Source: a virus
Lineage: Duplodnaviria; Caudoviricetes
Virus record (IMG/VR): IMGVR_UViG_2700988937_000001
Span: 6,507 to 70,506 of that record
Strand: one strand, 5' to 3'
DNA length: 64,000 nt
Part shown: positions 37,572 through 47,059 of the stretch, in pieces
Position numbering within the stretch: position 1 is the stretch's first letter
Layout: every line of letters begins with the position of its first letter
Notes under the pieces: generated by a model
Seen by the model: only the letters and a program-made list of their open reading frames with translations
Told to the model about the DNA's origin: nothing
The model's database searches: none
Made by a program: the position numbers and the translations under genes

Positions 37572-38876
37572 ATGGGTTACCACACTCGCGGCTACTACAA
37601 CACCAAGTGCTTCAAGGGCAACACCGACAAGACCGGTTTCGCCTGGTGGTACGATCAGTCGCTTGAAGACCCGAACAACCCTTCGCACTTCCCCGGCCCG
37701 ATTCCGGTCGAACTCATGCGGCGAATCTTCGGATGGACAGCTCACGAATCGGTTGAGCTGGTCGCAAAGTTCATGATCGATGGCAAGGAGTACGAAGTTC
37801 CGGTTCCGGCTGATCAGTACAAGGCGCTTGGTCGCGGTGACTGGATCGTTGACGGAATTCCGGAAACGGAAGAAGTTGGCGCTTCGAAGATTCTCTCTGT
37901 TGTCTCCGGTGATTACGGAATGCAGCAGCTCAAAGAAATCTTCATCACCAACGTGGCCGATCTTCTGAACGGTGCTGACAACATCGTTTTGGAATCGTTT
38001 GGAGAATTGAAGTGGGGCCGTCGCGCATTCGCTTCAGTGTCTATCCCAGAGAATCTTCTCAACAACGATTCGGGGCTGGAATTCCGACCGATCATGACGA
38101 TTGTGACATCGTTCGACCGTTCGATGGCAACCAAGTACGTGCGGACCTACGGAATTCCGGTGTGTGACAACACCGTGAATTACGAACTCGCTCGTGCCGG
38201 TGAAAAGGATGGGCACTTCGTTCTTCGTCACTCGAAGAATTCGGCAGCGCGACTGCCGGAGGCGAAGAAGCTTCTCGGGTTGCTTTCGGAGCAGGCAGAA
38301 GAGATGGACGCCTGGCTCACAGAGTTGACTCGCACCGAAGTCAGCGAACAGCAATTCCAGAAGTGGCTTGATGTGATGGTTCCGGTGCCGGAAATCAAGA
38401 AGACCGTCGTCACGGTCAAGTCGATTCAGGGCGAAGACACGCAGATCGAAAAGGTTTCCACCAATGCTCAGACAATCGCGCTTCGCAAGCGTGACAAGCT
38501 GATCGAGATGTGGGACCGTGACCCGCGAGTCAAGGACGTTCCCCCGTCGCGTGCGAAGATTTTCCAGCTTTGGAATACCTTCATGCAGTACGAAACGGGT
38601 GTGAAGGCCACCAAGGATTTGATGGGTGGCAAGGATGCTTCCGAACTGGACAGGAAGAATGCGAAGATTCGCGCTCGGATTGAAAAGAACATGGAAGCGA
38701 CCATCAATTCCGAGAACAGCAGTTCTTTCCTGAAGGAAGACATTCGCGCCTTGGACGCCATCGCAAAGATTCAGGCCGACGAACTGGAGACAGTTTCGAT
38801 TCCGCTGGGCGGTGGCACTGCGACGGCAACCAAGCCGAAGACGACTCGCTCGCGTAGCAAGTCGAGCAACAACTAA
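37572..38876 (+). CDS. DUF932-like phage/plasmid protein
   Basis: GEL..GRRAF, TSFD.S, PVCDNT and RHSKN motifs. Confidence 0.75.
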   Translation: MGYHTRGYYNTKCFKGNTDKTGFAWWYDQSLEDPNNPSHFPGPIPVELMRRIFGWTAHESVELVAKFMIDGKEYEVPVPADQYKALGRGDWIVDGIPETEEVGASKILSVVSGDYGMQQLKEIFITNVADLLNGADNIVLESFGELKWGRRAFASVSIPENLLNNDSGLEFRPIMTIVTSFDRSMATKYVRTYGIPVCDNTVNYELARAGEKDGHFVLRHSKNSAARLPEAKKLLGLLSEQAEEMDAWLTELTRTEVSEQQFQKWLDVMVPVPEIKKTVVTVKSIQGEDTQIEKVSTNAQTIALRKRDKLIEMWDRDPRVKDVPPSRAKIFQLWNTFMQYETGVKATKDLMGGKDASELDRKNAKIRARIEKNMEATINSENSSSFLKEDIRALDAIAKIQADELETVSIPLGGGTATATKPKTTRSRSKSSNN

Positions 38877-38886
38877 ATAGTTCAAA

Positions 38887-38925
38887 GCGACGGGGCCATT
38901 TCCGAAACGGGGGTGGCCCCGTCGC
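38887..38925 (+). terminator. Terminator-like hairpin (no U tract)
   Basis: GCGACGGGGCCA / TGGCCCCGTCGC stem immediately after the stop codon. Confidence 0.6.
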
Positions 38926-38949
38926 CATCCAACAAACAGAAAGAAAATC

Positions 38950-39096
38950 ATGAGTCGAAACATAAATTCGGATGAGGTCAAAGATTTCATCGAATGGCTC
39001 TATGACGAGCACGACATTTCTTTCATAAGGCCGGGGGAAGATCTTTCTGCGGAATACATCAAGGCCCTCTGGGATCAATTTTTGGACGGTGAATAG
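38950..39096 (+). CDS. Small hypothetical protein (48 aa), not in ORF track
   Basis: Manual translation MSRNINSDEVKDFIEWLYDEH...; AGAAAG RBS. Confidence 0.55.
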   Translation: MSRNINSDEVKDFIEWLYDEHDISFIRPGEDLSAEYIKALWDQFLDGE

Positions 39097-39333
39097 CCTA
39101 TGGATTCGGTGATCGAGTCAATGCTCATCGGTGCCGTGGCGGGTTATGTGGTCGCCAAATTTGAAATATGGCGCTACGAACACGCTGAATTAGTTCATCG
39201 AATTCTTTGGGGAATTCAGTGAAACCAATTTTTGAGATAATCGGTCTCATAGCGATGGCCGCATGGCTCGCATTCTGCGTGTACTGGGGCGTCGTGCTTG
39301 AAAGAAACTATCCGGTCAACCAGAAAGAAGACA

Positions 39334-39579
39334 ATGACAATGACAGTGAATATTGAGCAGCTTCGCAATGATGGCTATTGCGCAGTTGCGTACACCAAGG
39401 ATGGCAAATTCTACGATGCCTGTGGCAACGTGGAAACAGTTCGGACAATGGCAAACGAAGGGTATCGAATTGTTGCCATTGCAAATGATGGCGTGGTGAA
39501 CGTCGAAGAGATTCAGGCCATCGCAGATTACGAACTCGCAGCCGCCATTGACTGCTTTGGGGAGGATCACCGCAAATGA
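39334..39579 (+). CDS. Hypothetical protein
   Basis: AGAAAG RBS. Confidence 0.65.
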   Translation: MTMTVNIEQLRNDGYCAVAYTKDGKFYDACGNVETVRTMANEGYRIVAIANDGVVNVEEIQAIADYELAAAIDCFGEDHRK

Positions 39580-39721
39580 AAAAGCTCTGGAATTTCGTCC
39601 GTGAATTGGTAGCCTACAGAGGACCGAAGTGCCCTTCGTGTGGCGAGCCGATGTACGTGTGTTTGAACAAAAGCGCTCTGTGCCCGCCAATGACGCGGCC
39701 TGACGATTGGAAGGATTTGGG

Positions 39722-40129
39722 ATGAAGCGAAGATTTCACACACGGATGTTACTGATTGCAATTGCAATCGGGGCAATGATTGCAGCGATTGGAATAATCA
39801 TTTCCAGTCCGGCGAAAGCAACACCTTGGTCCTACGTAAGGGTCGAAGTGTTTTGGACAGGTACGCCTTGCATTTACGTAAGGGTGCCGGAAGGAGACTT
39901 GAGATACGCATGTGGTGGTGCATACACCTTTTGGAACGATGGTCCAGTCGGAAGTCTTCTCGGGGTAGATCCGATAATGGGCGCGGCATCGACGCTTTCA
40001 TGTGTGCTGTATCTAAATGGCTTGATTGAGCTGACAGATTACGGTGTCGCAGGTGATGGCACAGACATCAATTGCATGGGGAACACGTACATGAAAAATC
40101 CATCAAGGATTGGTACCCGTGCCATCTGA
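39722..40129 (+). CDS. Putative secreted/membrane protein
   Basis: Signal-peptide-like N-terminus ending in AKA; 4 Cys. Confidence 0.7.
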   Translation: MKRRFHTRMLLIAIAIGAMIAAIGIIISSPAKATPWSYVRVEVFWTGTPCIYVRVPEGDLRYACGGAYTFWNDGPVGSLLGVDPIMGAASTLSCVLYLNGLIELTDYGVAGDGTDINCMGNTYMKNPSRIGTRAI

Positions 40130-40285
40130 GCGAAAAACAGAACTGGAACAAGCAATTGAGCGATTGGACGTAAAACTTTCACAGTTGGATCAGATTCCAA
40201 GGCCAACGAAAGCTCAAGTTAACTCGCTCATCATTCTGTGTCAAAAAGTAGTCGTAGAATTCTACAAAAAGAAAGGAAATCAGTG

Positions 40286-40489
40286 ATGGCAAAGAAAAAT
40301 AAGGCAAGCACATACGTTCGTTTGCTGGAAGAAGGGGACAAGTTTTACAGCAATGATTACGTTGATGTTTATCTTGTCAAGCGTGTTGAAGTCAACGATG
40401 AGACAGGGATGGTGAAAGTATTCGTCCAAGGCAGACACAGAGCGTTTGTCTTCGGAATGAATGATCGCGTCAATCTCTGCAACCACTGA
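40286..40489 (+). CDS. Hypothetical protein
   Basis: GAAAGGA RBS. Confidence 0.65.
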   Translation: MAKKNKASTYVRLLEEGDKFYSNDYVDVYLVKRVEVNDETGMVKVFVQGRHRAFVFGMNDRVNLCNH

Positions 40490-40504
40490 AAAGGACAAGA
40501 ATAA

Positions 40505-40837
40505 ATGACTGCTCTGCATCTTCTGACCAAGTTTTGCGATGACCAAGTTTACATCGAACTCGCAAAGTATCATGATAACACCACAGCAATTCGTTTTGTG
40601 GACGTGAATACTTTCGAACCTGTGGCAATCGCAACGGTCTGTCTGTCCAAGTTCAAAGAAGTTCCCGCTGAAGGGAATGTTTTCATTAAGGACTGGTCTG
40701 AGAATGAAGGCATGTTGAAGTGCCTTCAGGACGCCGGAATTCTCGGTGAGCAGGTCCGTGAAGTGGCAACAGGTTTCGTCATGGTTCAAGAGTGCCCGCT
40801 GCTCTTGAGCCCCGATGATGACAGAATCTTAAAATAG
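40505..40837 (+). CDS. Hypothetical protein (DUF4313-like)
   Basis: A.ATV.L....VFIKDWSENEG...L..AG pattern. Confidence 0.6.
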   Translation: MTALHLLTKFCDDQVYIELAKYHDNTTAIRFVDVNTFEPVAIATVCLSKFKEVPAEGNVFIKDWSENEGMLKCLQDAGILGEQVREVATGFVMVQECPLLLSPDDDRILK

Positions 40838-40857
40838 TCAAGCAAAGGCGGTGGCCA

Positions 40858-41064
40858 GTGGGTAGTTTTGTTCCGTGTAGCCCGAAGCACAAAAGTTGCT
40901 CACCGGCACATGCTGCCCTTGTACGGGACTATCGGGTTGAACGCGAAAGACAGGAGGTTCTTAACGATAGAATTTTGAACAATCGAGAAGAAAAAAGAAT
41001 ATGGTTCGAAAATTTCAACAGACTGGTCACATTCCGTGACTGGCTACTCTGGCATAAGGAATGA
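40858..41064 (+). CDS. Hypothetical protein
   Basis: ORF in the operon. Confidence 0.55.
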   Translation: MGSFVPCSPKHKSCSPAHAALVRDYRVERERQEVLNDRILNNREEKRIWFENFNRLVTFRDWLLWHKE

Positions 41065-41067
41065 AAG

Positions 41068-41391
41068 ATGAAGAAATATTGGTCTCCCGCTCTCGCGTTT
41101 GCCGCTGGTGTTTTCGCTTTCGGTATGGCACTCGGAACTGCTTTTGCGCCTAACGCTGGTGCCGTTCCTCCTGGCCCGAATACTTGTGTTTCAGGCGGTG
41201 GCGGGTTCATCGGTGGTGGCAGCTTCCGAGATTGCGATTTGTGGCCGGACGGAAGTTTCTGGCATGAAGTCATTGGTTGGGGTCCATTCGCTCACGGTGG
41301 CAGCGCTGGTCGCGTGTGCGATTCTCCGCGGGGGAATCCGTTCCCTCCCGCAACTGACAGTGATCCGAACACAAAATGCCCTGGCTGGTAA
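41068..41391 (+). CDS. Putative secreted Cys/Gly/Pro-rich protein
   Basis: Signal peptide ending in AGA; CD..PDGS motif resembling small mycobacterial secreted proteins. Confidence 0.65.
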   Translation: MKKYWSPALAFAAGVFAFGMALGTAFAPNAGAVPPGPNTCVSGGGGFIGGGSFRDCDLWPDGSFWHEVIGWGPFAHGGSAGRVCDSPRGNPFPPATDSDPNTKCPGW

Positions 41392-41418
41392 ATTTTTAAA
41401 CCAGTAGTGGGAAAGTTT

Positions 41419-41457
41419 TGAGATTGGGAGTGGGCTGAATGTCCACTCCCAATCTCA
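41419..41457. terminator. Long intergenic hairpin
   Basis: TGAGATTGGGAGTGGGC-TGAAT-GTCCACTCCCAATCTCA. Confidence 0.6.
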
Positions 41458-41551
41458 TAAACCCACATTGAATTCTTAGGGTCCATGTCAACACCCCTGT
41501 GGTAGTGTCAGTAAAGGCGTGAACTCATTTCCACATTAACACGGAGGTATT

Positions 41552-41815
41552 ATGTCTACATCAGAGCCTATAGGCCCTGTCTATTTTTCGGAGCCTCGCG
41601 CAGTAAAGATTCGAGAACCTGAAAATTTGACGGCGATACATAGTGCTGTTCACGGCGAGCTGAATATTGTGACCGACTCTGTGCTGGAAACAAAATCAAT
41701 CATAGAAAACTGGTCGCTTATCATGCAAGCAGTTTCAGAAAAGGTTGAGCTGATTCTTTCCGAGGCAACCCCAACGAGCACAAACACGCCTGAAGGCATG
41801 AAGACAGGAATGTAA
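41552..41815 (+). CDS. Hypothetical protein
   Basis: GGAGG RBS. Confidence 0.7.
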   Translation: MSTSEPIGPVYFSEPRAVKIREPENLTAIHSAVHGELNIVTDSVLETKSIIENWSLIMQAVSEKVELILSEATPTSTNTPEGMKTGM

Positions 41816-42085
41816 ATGGAAAGGCGCGTCGGTTTAGAAGCCGCCCCGGATGACGCACAACTTGAAGATTGGCTTGGTCAGAAAATTGACTCTGCCAACG
41901 AGGAAATGGAGGAAATACTTGGTGATTTCGTAGACATGGTGAAATTAAGTATGGATGACGGTGATCCGTGGTTGTGGAATTACGCTCGCCTACTTAACTT
42001 TCTTGCTACGTTGGATAACCCGAAGATGATTCGGGTGCTTTCTGCTGCCCTCTGGACAATTATGGAAGCGGAGGTTACATCGTGA
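41816..42085 (+). CDS. Hypothetical protein
   Basis: Operon packing. Confidence 0.7.
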   Translation: MERRVGLEAAPDDAQLEDWLGQKIDSANEEMEEILGDFVDMVKLSMDDGDPWLWNYARLLNFLATLDNPKMIRVLSAALWTIMEAEVTS

Positions 42086-42672
42086 CAGTCCACAAATCAG
42101 AAGAAATGGCTGCTCATGCGGAAAAGTATGGCTGGCGGACAGCAGTCAGAACTGATCTGGAACATTACGAGGAAACCGGTAATGTCGAAGATATCAAGTG
42201 GATTCTTTTCGCTATTCGTGGCGAAGAGGATAAGCAAGAGATTCTGAAAGTTCGATGGTGGGGAGACTTGCAAGAGTCTGCCTTTTACAAGTACGGCGAT
42301 TATTCGCTTAGGCCAGCGCGTAAAGCGCCGGTGCTGAAACTAATTGAGGGTCAACCAAACCCGAAGAAATTTCGAAAGGAGGAAAAGAAATCAAAGCCCG
42401 CCACGGTTGAGGACAAGCTCGCTGGTAAAAGCGTTCCCTGGGAAGGCGATGATTCGCCAGCATTCGATATTTTGTTGGGTGTAATCGGACACACTATTAC
42501 TTGGATAGGTTCCGATGGGGAAGAACGCACCCAAAGTTGTCCCAAGGCTTCCAACCTTGGTAAGGCCCACTTCAAAGTCAAAACTACGAAAGCTGGGAAA
42601 CGAGTTCTTGAGTGGGCGAACTCATTCGGTTTCCATGCGTGCTATGTCGATAGCATCATCGTAGTTGTGTAG
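42082..42672 (+). CDS. Hypothetical protein
   Basis: GGAGG RBS; GTGA overlap. Confidence 0.75.
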   Translation: MTVHKSEEMAAHAEKYGWRTAVRTDLEHYEETGNVEDIKWILFAIRGEEDKQEILKVRWWGDLQESAFYKYGDYSLRPARKAPVLKLIEGQPNPKKFRKEEKKSKPATVEDKLAGKSVPWEGDDSPAFDILLGVIGHTITWIGSDGEERTQSCPKASNLGKAHFKVKTTKAGKRVLEWANSFGFHACYVDSIIVVV

Positions 42673-43210
42673 AAAGGAAAAAGACGTGGCTGTTCCTGGC
42701 GACCTGCACTGGGAGAGAATTGAAGCAGGTCTTTACCGAACAATGTTTTGGGCAAACGGATACAAGTACGAAATCAGTAAAGACGATTATTACGCGAACA
42801 CGTGGCGCGTGTACTACAAATGGCACAAAGATTCCACGAAGAAGTGGCGTCAACTGACCCGCTACGGCAGATCGTTTACGACTCTCAAGGAGGCAAAGCG
42901 CTACGCTGTGGCGCATAACATGCATCCTCGAATGAGATACAAGTTCTTCGGTCGTGCGACGAAGGACAATCCGAATATCAAGGGTTACGCGGGGGTTAAA
43001 TATGTCCTGAGCCGATACGAGGGATACTTGATGTTCGGCGAAGTCGATAAAAAGGGACAACGTAAAAGTAATAGTCTGTATGGCTATGAATTTATTTCCC
43101 CAGAAAAGTATTGGCCGAAGAAGAAAGAGCGCATAAGTCTTTCTGGTCAGATGGAGCAGATTGCAAAGGCAGCAAAGGCAGTACAGGCAGCTACTGAAAG
43201 GATTCTGTAA
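42665..43210 (+). CDS. Hypothetical protein (aromatic/basic)
   Basis: ORF abutting the helicase gene; start uncertain. Confidence 0.65.
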   Translation: MCRKEKDVAVPGDLHWERIEAGLYRTMFWANGYKYEISKDDYYANTWRVYYKWHKDSTKKWRQLTRYGRSFTTLKEAKRYAVAHNMHPRMRYKFFGRATKDNPNIKGYAGVKYVLSRYEGYLMFGEVDKKGQRKSNSLYGYEFISPEKYWPKKKERISLSGQMEQIAKAAKAVQAATERIL

Positions 43211-45243
43211 TGGCAAATAGGTGGCGCATTGGCTTGCGCGACAACGGAAAACGTGCATGGGTTGAATTCCCATACAGCGATGAGTACAAAAATCTTTTGA
43301 AAGAGCGCGTATCTGGCATTCGCTGGGACGCAAAAGCAAAACTTTGGCACGCTCCATTAGACATGGACACGCTCAAAGACATTCACTCCGTTGCAAAATA
43401 CTTCGGAGAGAAGTTGATGGTTGAAGCAGAACTCGCTTCGTGGATCAAAAAGGAGAAAGACCGGTATGCGAATCTCATTAAGCCTGATGATTTCAATGCC
43501 GATACATCGCAATGGCTGCCCCGTTTGCGCTCGGAGCGGCCAGCACTGGTTGCCGCGATGGAGTCTCAGCCGCACCAAATACCAGGGACTGCGTTCATGG
43601 TCGGGCAACGTTCGGTTCTGTTGGCCGATGATCCCGGCGCTGGGAAAACCATCCAGACGCTAGCCGCTGTAGCCGAGAAGGACGTGCGTGGACCTATCCT
43701 TGTGGTGGCCCCACGGTCGGCTGTGAATGTGACATGGCCCGAGGAAATCGAAAAATGGCTCGGCAAAGACGAGGTATTTTTTCGAATCAACGGTGCTATG
43801 AAACCTGATGAGCGCAAAATCACCTTGCGTGCAATTTTGGAGCATTCAAAAGATCGGCCACATGATCGTTTGTGGGTTCTATGTGGACCGAATTACCTGC
43901 GTATCCGTGCCGATCTGGACGACTATGGCAATTACGAGCGTGACGCGAAGGGCAACAAAATCATTCGCACGGTGAATGAAGGTCTCGCTGATCTGTTTCG
44001 TATCAAGTGGGCGTGTGTAATTGTTGACGAGAGTCACCAAACTCTCGCTGGATCGACTGGAAACAAAAAGAAACAGTCGGCGCAACGTCAGGGTTTGGGT
44101 GCGTTAGAACTTCGTGACAACGCATTGCAAATTGCAATCAGTGGAACTCCATTTCGAGGCAAGACAGAAAACCTCTGGGGAACTCTGAACTGGCTTTACC
44201 CTGACAAGTACACGTCATACTGGAATTGGGTGCGCAGACACTATGGTGTGTACGCCACAGATTCACGCTACGGTTCCGGTATCGGAAAAGGTGAAGTTAT
44301 CATTGACGAGAAACGTTTCTATGCGGAACTGAAACCGTTGATGATTCGTCGGACAAAAGCGGAAATTGCACCGTGGCTCCCTGCAAAGAAATACGGTGGC
44401 ACTCACCTGAAAGTTGCGACTGGCGAGCGCAGTTATTCTGAAGTGCCCGCTGGGCTGCAAGGCAATGATCGGGACAAGTGGATGCTGGAAAACTTCGGTC
44501 CCGTTGCCGTGTGGTTGCCGATGAGTGAAAAACAATCGAAGCAGTACGACGAAATTACGGCGAGCGCGATGCTTTCGATTGACGAGATGGGCGAGACCAT
44601 CAACGTCAACGGTGTGCTCGCAGAAATGACGCGTATGAAGCAGGTTGCCAATGCGTGTCTGGGCAGCAACCCGTCAGCTCGTGGCGGGGTCAGTCCGATT
44701 CTGCCAAGCAATAAGATCGAATGGATTGAGGACTTTCTCAATGATCGAATTGCAGCAGGAACGAAGACGATTGTAGCAAGTCAGTTCACCGGATTTATCG
44801 AACTGCTTTCCGATCATCTGAAGAAAAAGAAAATCAAGCATTACACGCTGACAGGAAAAACCAGTGACGCAGAACGAGCCTACATTAGAAAACATTTCCA
44901 AGATGAGGGGAATAACGAAGAGATGGTTATTCTTCTCAATACAAAAGCAGGCGGTGTATCGCTCACGCTTGACCTCGCAGACGACGTTGTTATTTGTGAT
45001 CAGACTTGGATTCCCGACGACCAGCAACAGGTCGAAGACCGGGCGCACCGGGTGTCTCGTAATCACAATGTCACAATCTGGTATTTGGCTTCGCTGGGAA
45101 CTTTGGACGAAGACATTGCACGCACGAACGCGGGCCGTGAAGATGCCGCTAGGTCTGTGCTTGACCAGCAACGCGGTGTCTCGTATGTCCGTGAGTTGAT
45201 CTCGCTGACTAAGAAACGGCAAAGTGGAAAAATAATCGCATGA
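43210..45243 (+). CDS. SNF2-family (SF2) helicase
   Basis: LADDPGAGKT, VDESH, SGTP and QVEDRAHR motifs. Confidence 0.92.
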   Translation: MANRWRIGLRDNGKRAWVEFPYSDEYKNLLKERVSGIRWDAKAKLWHAPLDMDTLKDIHSVAKYFGEKLMVEAELASWIKKEKDRYANLIKPDDFNADTSQWLPRLRSERPALVAAMESQPHQIPGTAFMVGQRSVLLADDPGAGKTIQTLAAVAEKDVRGPILVVAPRSAVNVTWPEEIEKWLGKDEVFFRINGAMKPDERKITLRAILEHSKDRPHDRLWVLCGPNYLRIRADLDDYGNYERDAKGNKIIRTVNEGLADLFRIKWACVIVDESHQTLAGSTGNKKKQSAQRQGLGALELRDNALQIAISGTPFRGKTENLWGTLNWLYPDKYTSYWNWVRRHYGVYATDSRYGSGIGKGEVIIDEKRFYAELKPLMIRRTKAEIAPWLPAKKYGGTHLKVATGERSYSEVPAGLQGNDRDKWMLENFGPVAVWLPMSEKQSKQYDEITASAMLSIDEMGETINVNGVLAEMTRMKQVANACLGSNPSARGGVSPILPSNKIEWIEDFLNDRIAAGTKTIVASQFTGFIELLSDHLKKKKIKHYTLTGKTSDAERAYIRKHFQDEGNNEEMVILLNTKAGGVSLTLDLADDVVICDQTWIPDDQQQVEDRAHRVSRNHNVTIWYLASLGTLDEDIARTNAGREDAARSVLDQQRGVSYVRELISLTKKRQSGKIIA

Positions 45244-45659
45244 TCGAAAATGATTCCTACGAAATGAGGTTTAAGGACGACGAGTTAGCGCTGGACTCTC
45301 GGCAGATTTTGTATTCTGATCGAGAATCTATACTAATTATTAACAAAACTCTGGCTGATGCAATTAATGAAAACAGTGTCGGCCATGAACTTTGGGTTGC
45401 GGATGGAACATTTTCGTTATATTTCAACAGAATCGTGCCAATATTTTCAGCACGTTGGAATGATCCAGGAGGTATTCATCACGGTAAAGTAGTAGAGTTC
45501 TCGTGGGTCGAACAAATTCACGAGCCAGAAAATAACAGGCGTGGTTTGAGCCTGAAAATAGAAGGGTACAAGAAATTCATCTGGGTTTTTCACTTGCATC
45601 CGCAACAACCGTGGTATGACAAGAGATTAAACCTTAGACTGGGGGTATGGCCGGACTAA
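45240..45659 (+). CDS. Hypothetical protein
   Basis: ATGA overlap. Confidence 0.65.
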   Translation: MIENDSYEMRFKDDELALDSRQILYSDRESILIINKTLADAINENSVGHELWVADGTFSLYFNRIVPIFSARWNDPGGIHHGKVVEFSWVEQIHEPENNRRGLSLKIEGYKKFIWVFHLHPQQPWYDKRLNLRLGVWPD

Positions 45660-45666
45660 TAGAGAG

Positions 45667-46017
45667 ATGAAAGAGATGATATGGCAGGACTGGCTACAGT
45701 TCGTAATGATCATAGCAATACTCGCTTGGGCACTGTGGCGTTCACATCAGATTCGCAAAAAGGAAAAAGAAGTCGATGAACGTTGGGAAAAGTTCATCAA
45801 TGACAGGAAGGAGTTGTACAAAAGATTAGCTGACCCAGAATGTATCGCCGAGCAGATGGAAAGAGGGGCGAGTCTACGCGAGATGCGTGATGCAAACCGC
45901 ACAACCCTCCCCCGCGAGGATGCAGGACCGCCAGCGGTGGTACACAGGCCACCGCTACGCGGAGTGAAACCTGGCACATGGCGACCTCGCAATCCTGGGA
46001 GCCCATCAAGTCAATGA
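45667..46017 (+). CDS. Putative membrane protein
   Basis: N-terminal TM segment. Confidence 0.65.
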   Translation: MKEMIWQDWLQFVMIIAILAWALWRSHQIRKKEKEVDERWEKFINDRKELYKRLADPECIAEQMERGASLREMRDANRTTLPREDAGPPAVVHRPPLRGVKPGTWRPRNPGSPSSQ

Positions 46018-46082
46018 AAACCGATCAGCGACGGTGCTCGTCATGCTTGTCATACGGGTACTGTTATTTTCCAGATCGGGAC

Positions 46083-46111
46083 TTGCGCGGTTGTCTGAAA
46101 GCAAGTAAGGT
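46083..46111 (+). promoter_or_regulatory. Putative SigA-like promoter (TTGCGC-N17-TAAGGT)
   Basis: Consensus spacing upstream of 46166. Confidence 0.5.
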
Positions 46112-46165
46112 AGAAAGTACAAACCGGACGACAGAAGTCCACAAAACAAACATTAGGAGATAGAA

Positions 46166-46720
46166 GTGACCGCAGTTGCAGACGACGTTCAGCTCATCGA
46201 TGAGGACACCAAGGGTGCTGTGGCGGGGTCCGACAGCGATGATGATGACGACGAGGATTCCAAGTCGCGTGACTTCACCAAGTTCACGGCCAAGCACGAG
46301 CAGATCGCGGAGTTCATCAACTCGAACGAGGATTTCCGCAAGGCGTTCGGTGACGAGCTGACTGTTTCGCCTGGTCTGGTCAAGGCGGTTTTCGCTCTCC
46401 GTACTGACTTCAACAACACTCCTGAGCAGGTTGCGGCTCGTGAAGAGCGTCGCAAGCGTCGTGAAGAGGAAAAGAAGAAGTACGAGGGTCTGACCCCTGA
46501 GCAGATCAAGGCACAGAAGGCCGCAGATCGCGCCGAGAAACAGGCTGCCAGGCTGCAAGAGCGGCTGCAAGCCGCTCTCGCAAAGGCGCAGGCTCTTCGA
46601 GAGGGCAAGGACGCTTCGGGCGAGGATATCGCCGCTGCCGTTGCTGCCGCTGCTTCCGATCAGGGCGAAGTTTCTGAGGACAAGCCCGCTGCAAAGCGCA
46701 AGATCGGGCGTAGCCGGTAA
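46166..46720 (+). CDS. Hypothetical acidic/coiled-coil protein
   Basis: AGGAG RBS; strong codon bias; has its own promoter and terminator. Confidence 0.8.
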   Translation: MTAVADDVQLIDEDTKGAVAGSDSDDDDDEDSKSRDFTKFTAKHEQIAEFINSNEDFRKAFGDELTVSPGLVKAVFALRTDFNNTPEQVAAREERRKRREEEKKKYEGLTPEQIKAQKAADRAEKQAARLQERLQAALAKAQALREGKDASGEDIAAAVAAAASDQGEVSEDKPAAKRKIGRSR

Positions 46721-46731
46721 CCCACCGAAAC

Positions 46732-46780
46732 AGGAGGCCGGGGGAGTTTTGAGGAAGACTTCCCCGGCCTTCTTTTCTCT
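46732..46780 (+). terminator. Intrinsic terminator
   Basis: AGGCCGGGGGAG / CTTCCCCGGCCT stem followed by a T-rich tail. Confidence 0.75.
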
Positions 46781-46822
46781 TCACCTAAAACAATTGAAAA
46801 CCGAGCGAACGGATATTCGTAA

Positions 46823-47059
46823 ATGGCTCACACAGAGCGACACATGCACACGTGGTTGTGCGACATCCCCGATTGCAAAGAAAAATTGACCGCAGCAGAA
46901 GATCATCTGTACGCAGTCGAAAAAAGTTGGGGACAGTACGAAATCAAATCATTCGGTATGGCCAGTGATAGTGAGAACTATCTTGCCAAGACCGAAATTT
47001 ATCTGTGCCCAGAGCACAACTCAGACTTGAGAGGATTTTTGTTCGATGACCGAAATTGA
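46823..47059 (+). CDS. Small Zn-binding hypothetical protein
   Basis: CD.PDC ... CPEH. Confidence 0.65.
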   Translation: MAHTERHMHTWLCDIPDCKEKLTAAEDHLYAVEKSWGQYEIKSFGMASDSENYLAKTEIYLCPEHNSDLRGFLFDDRN

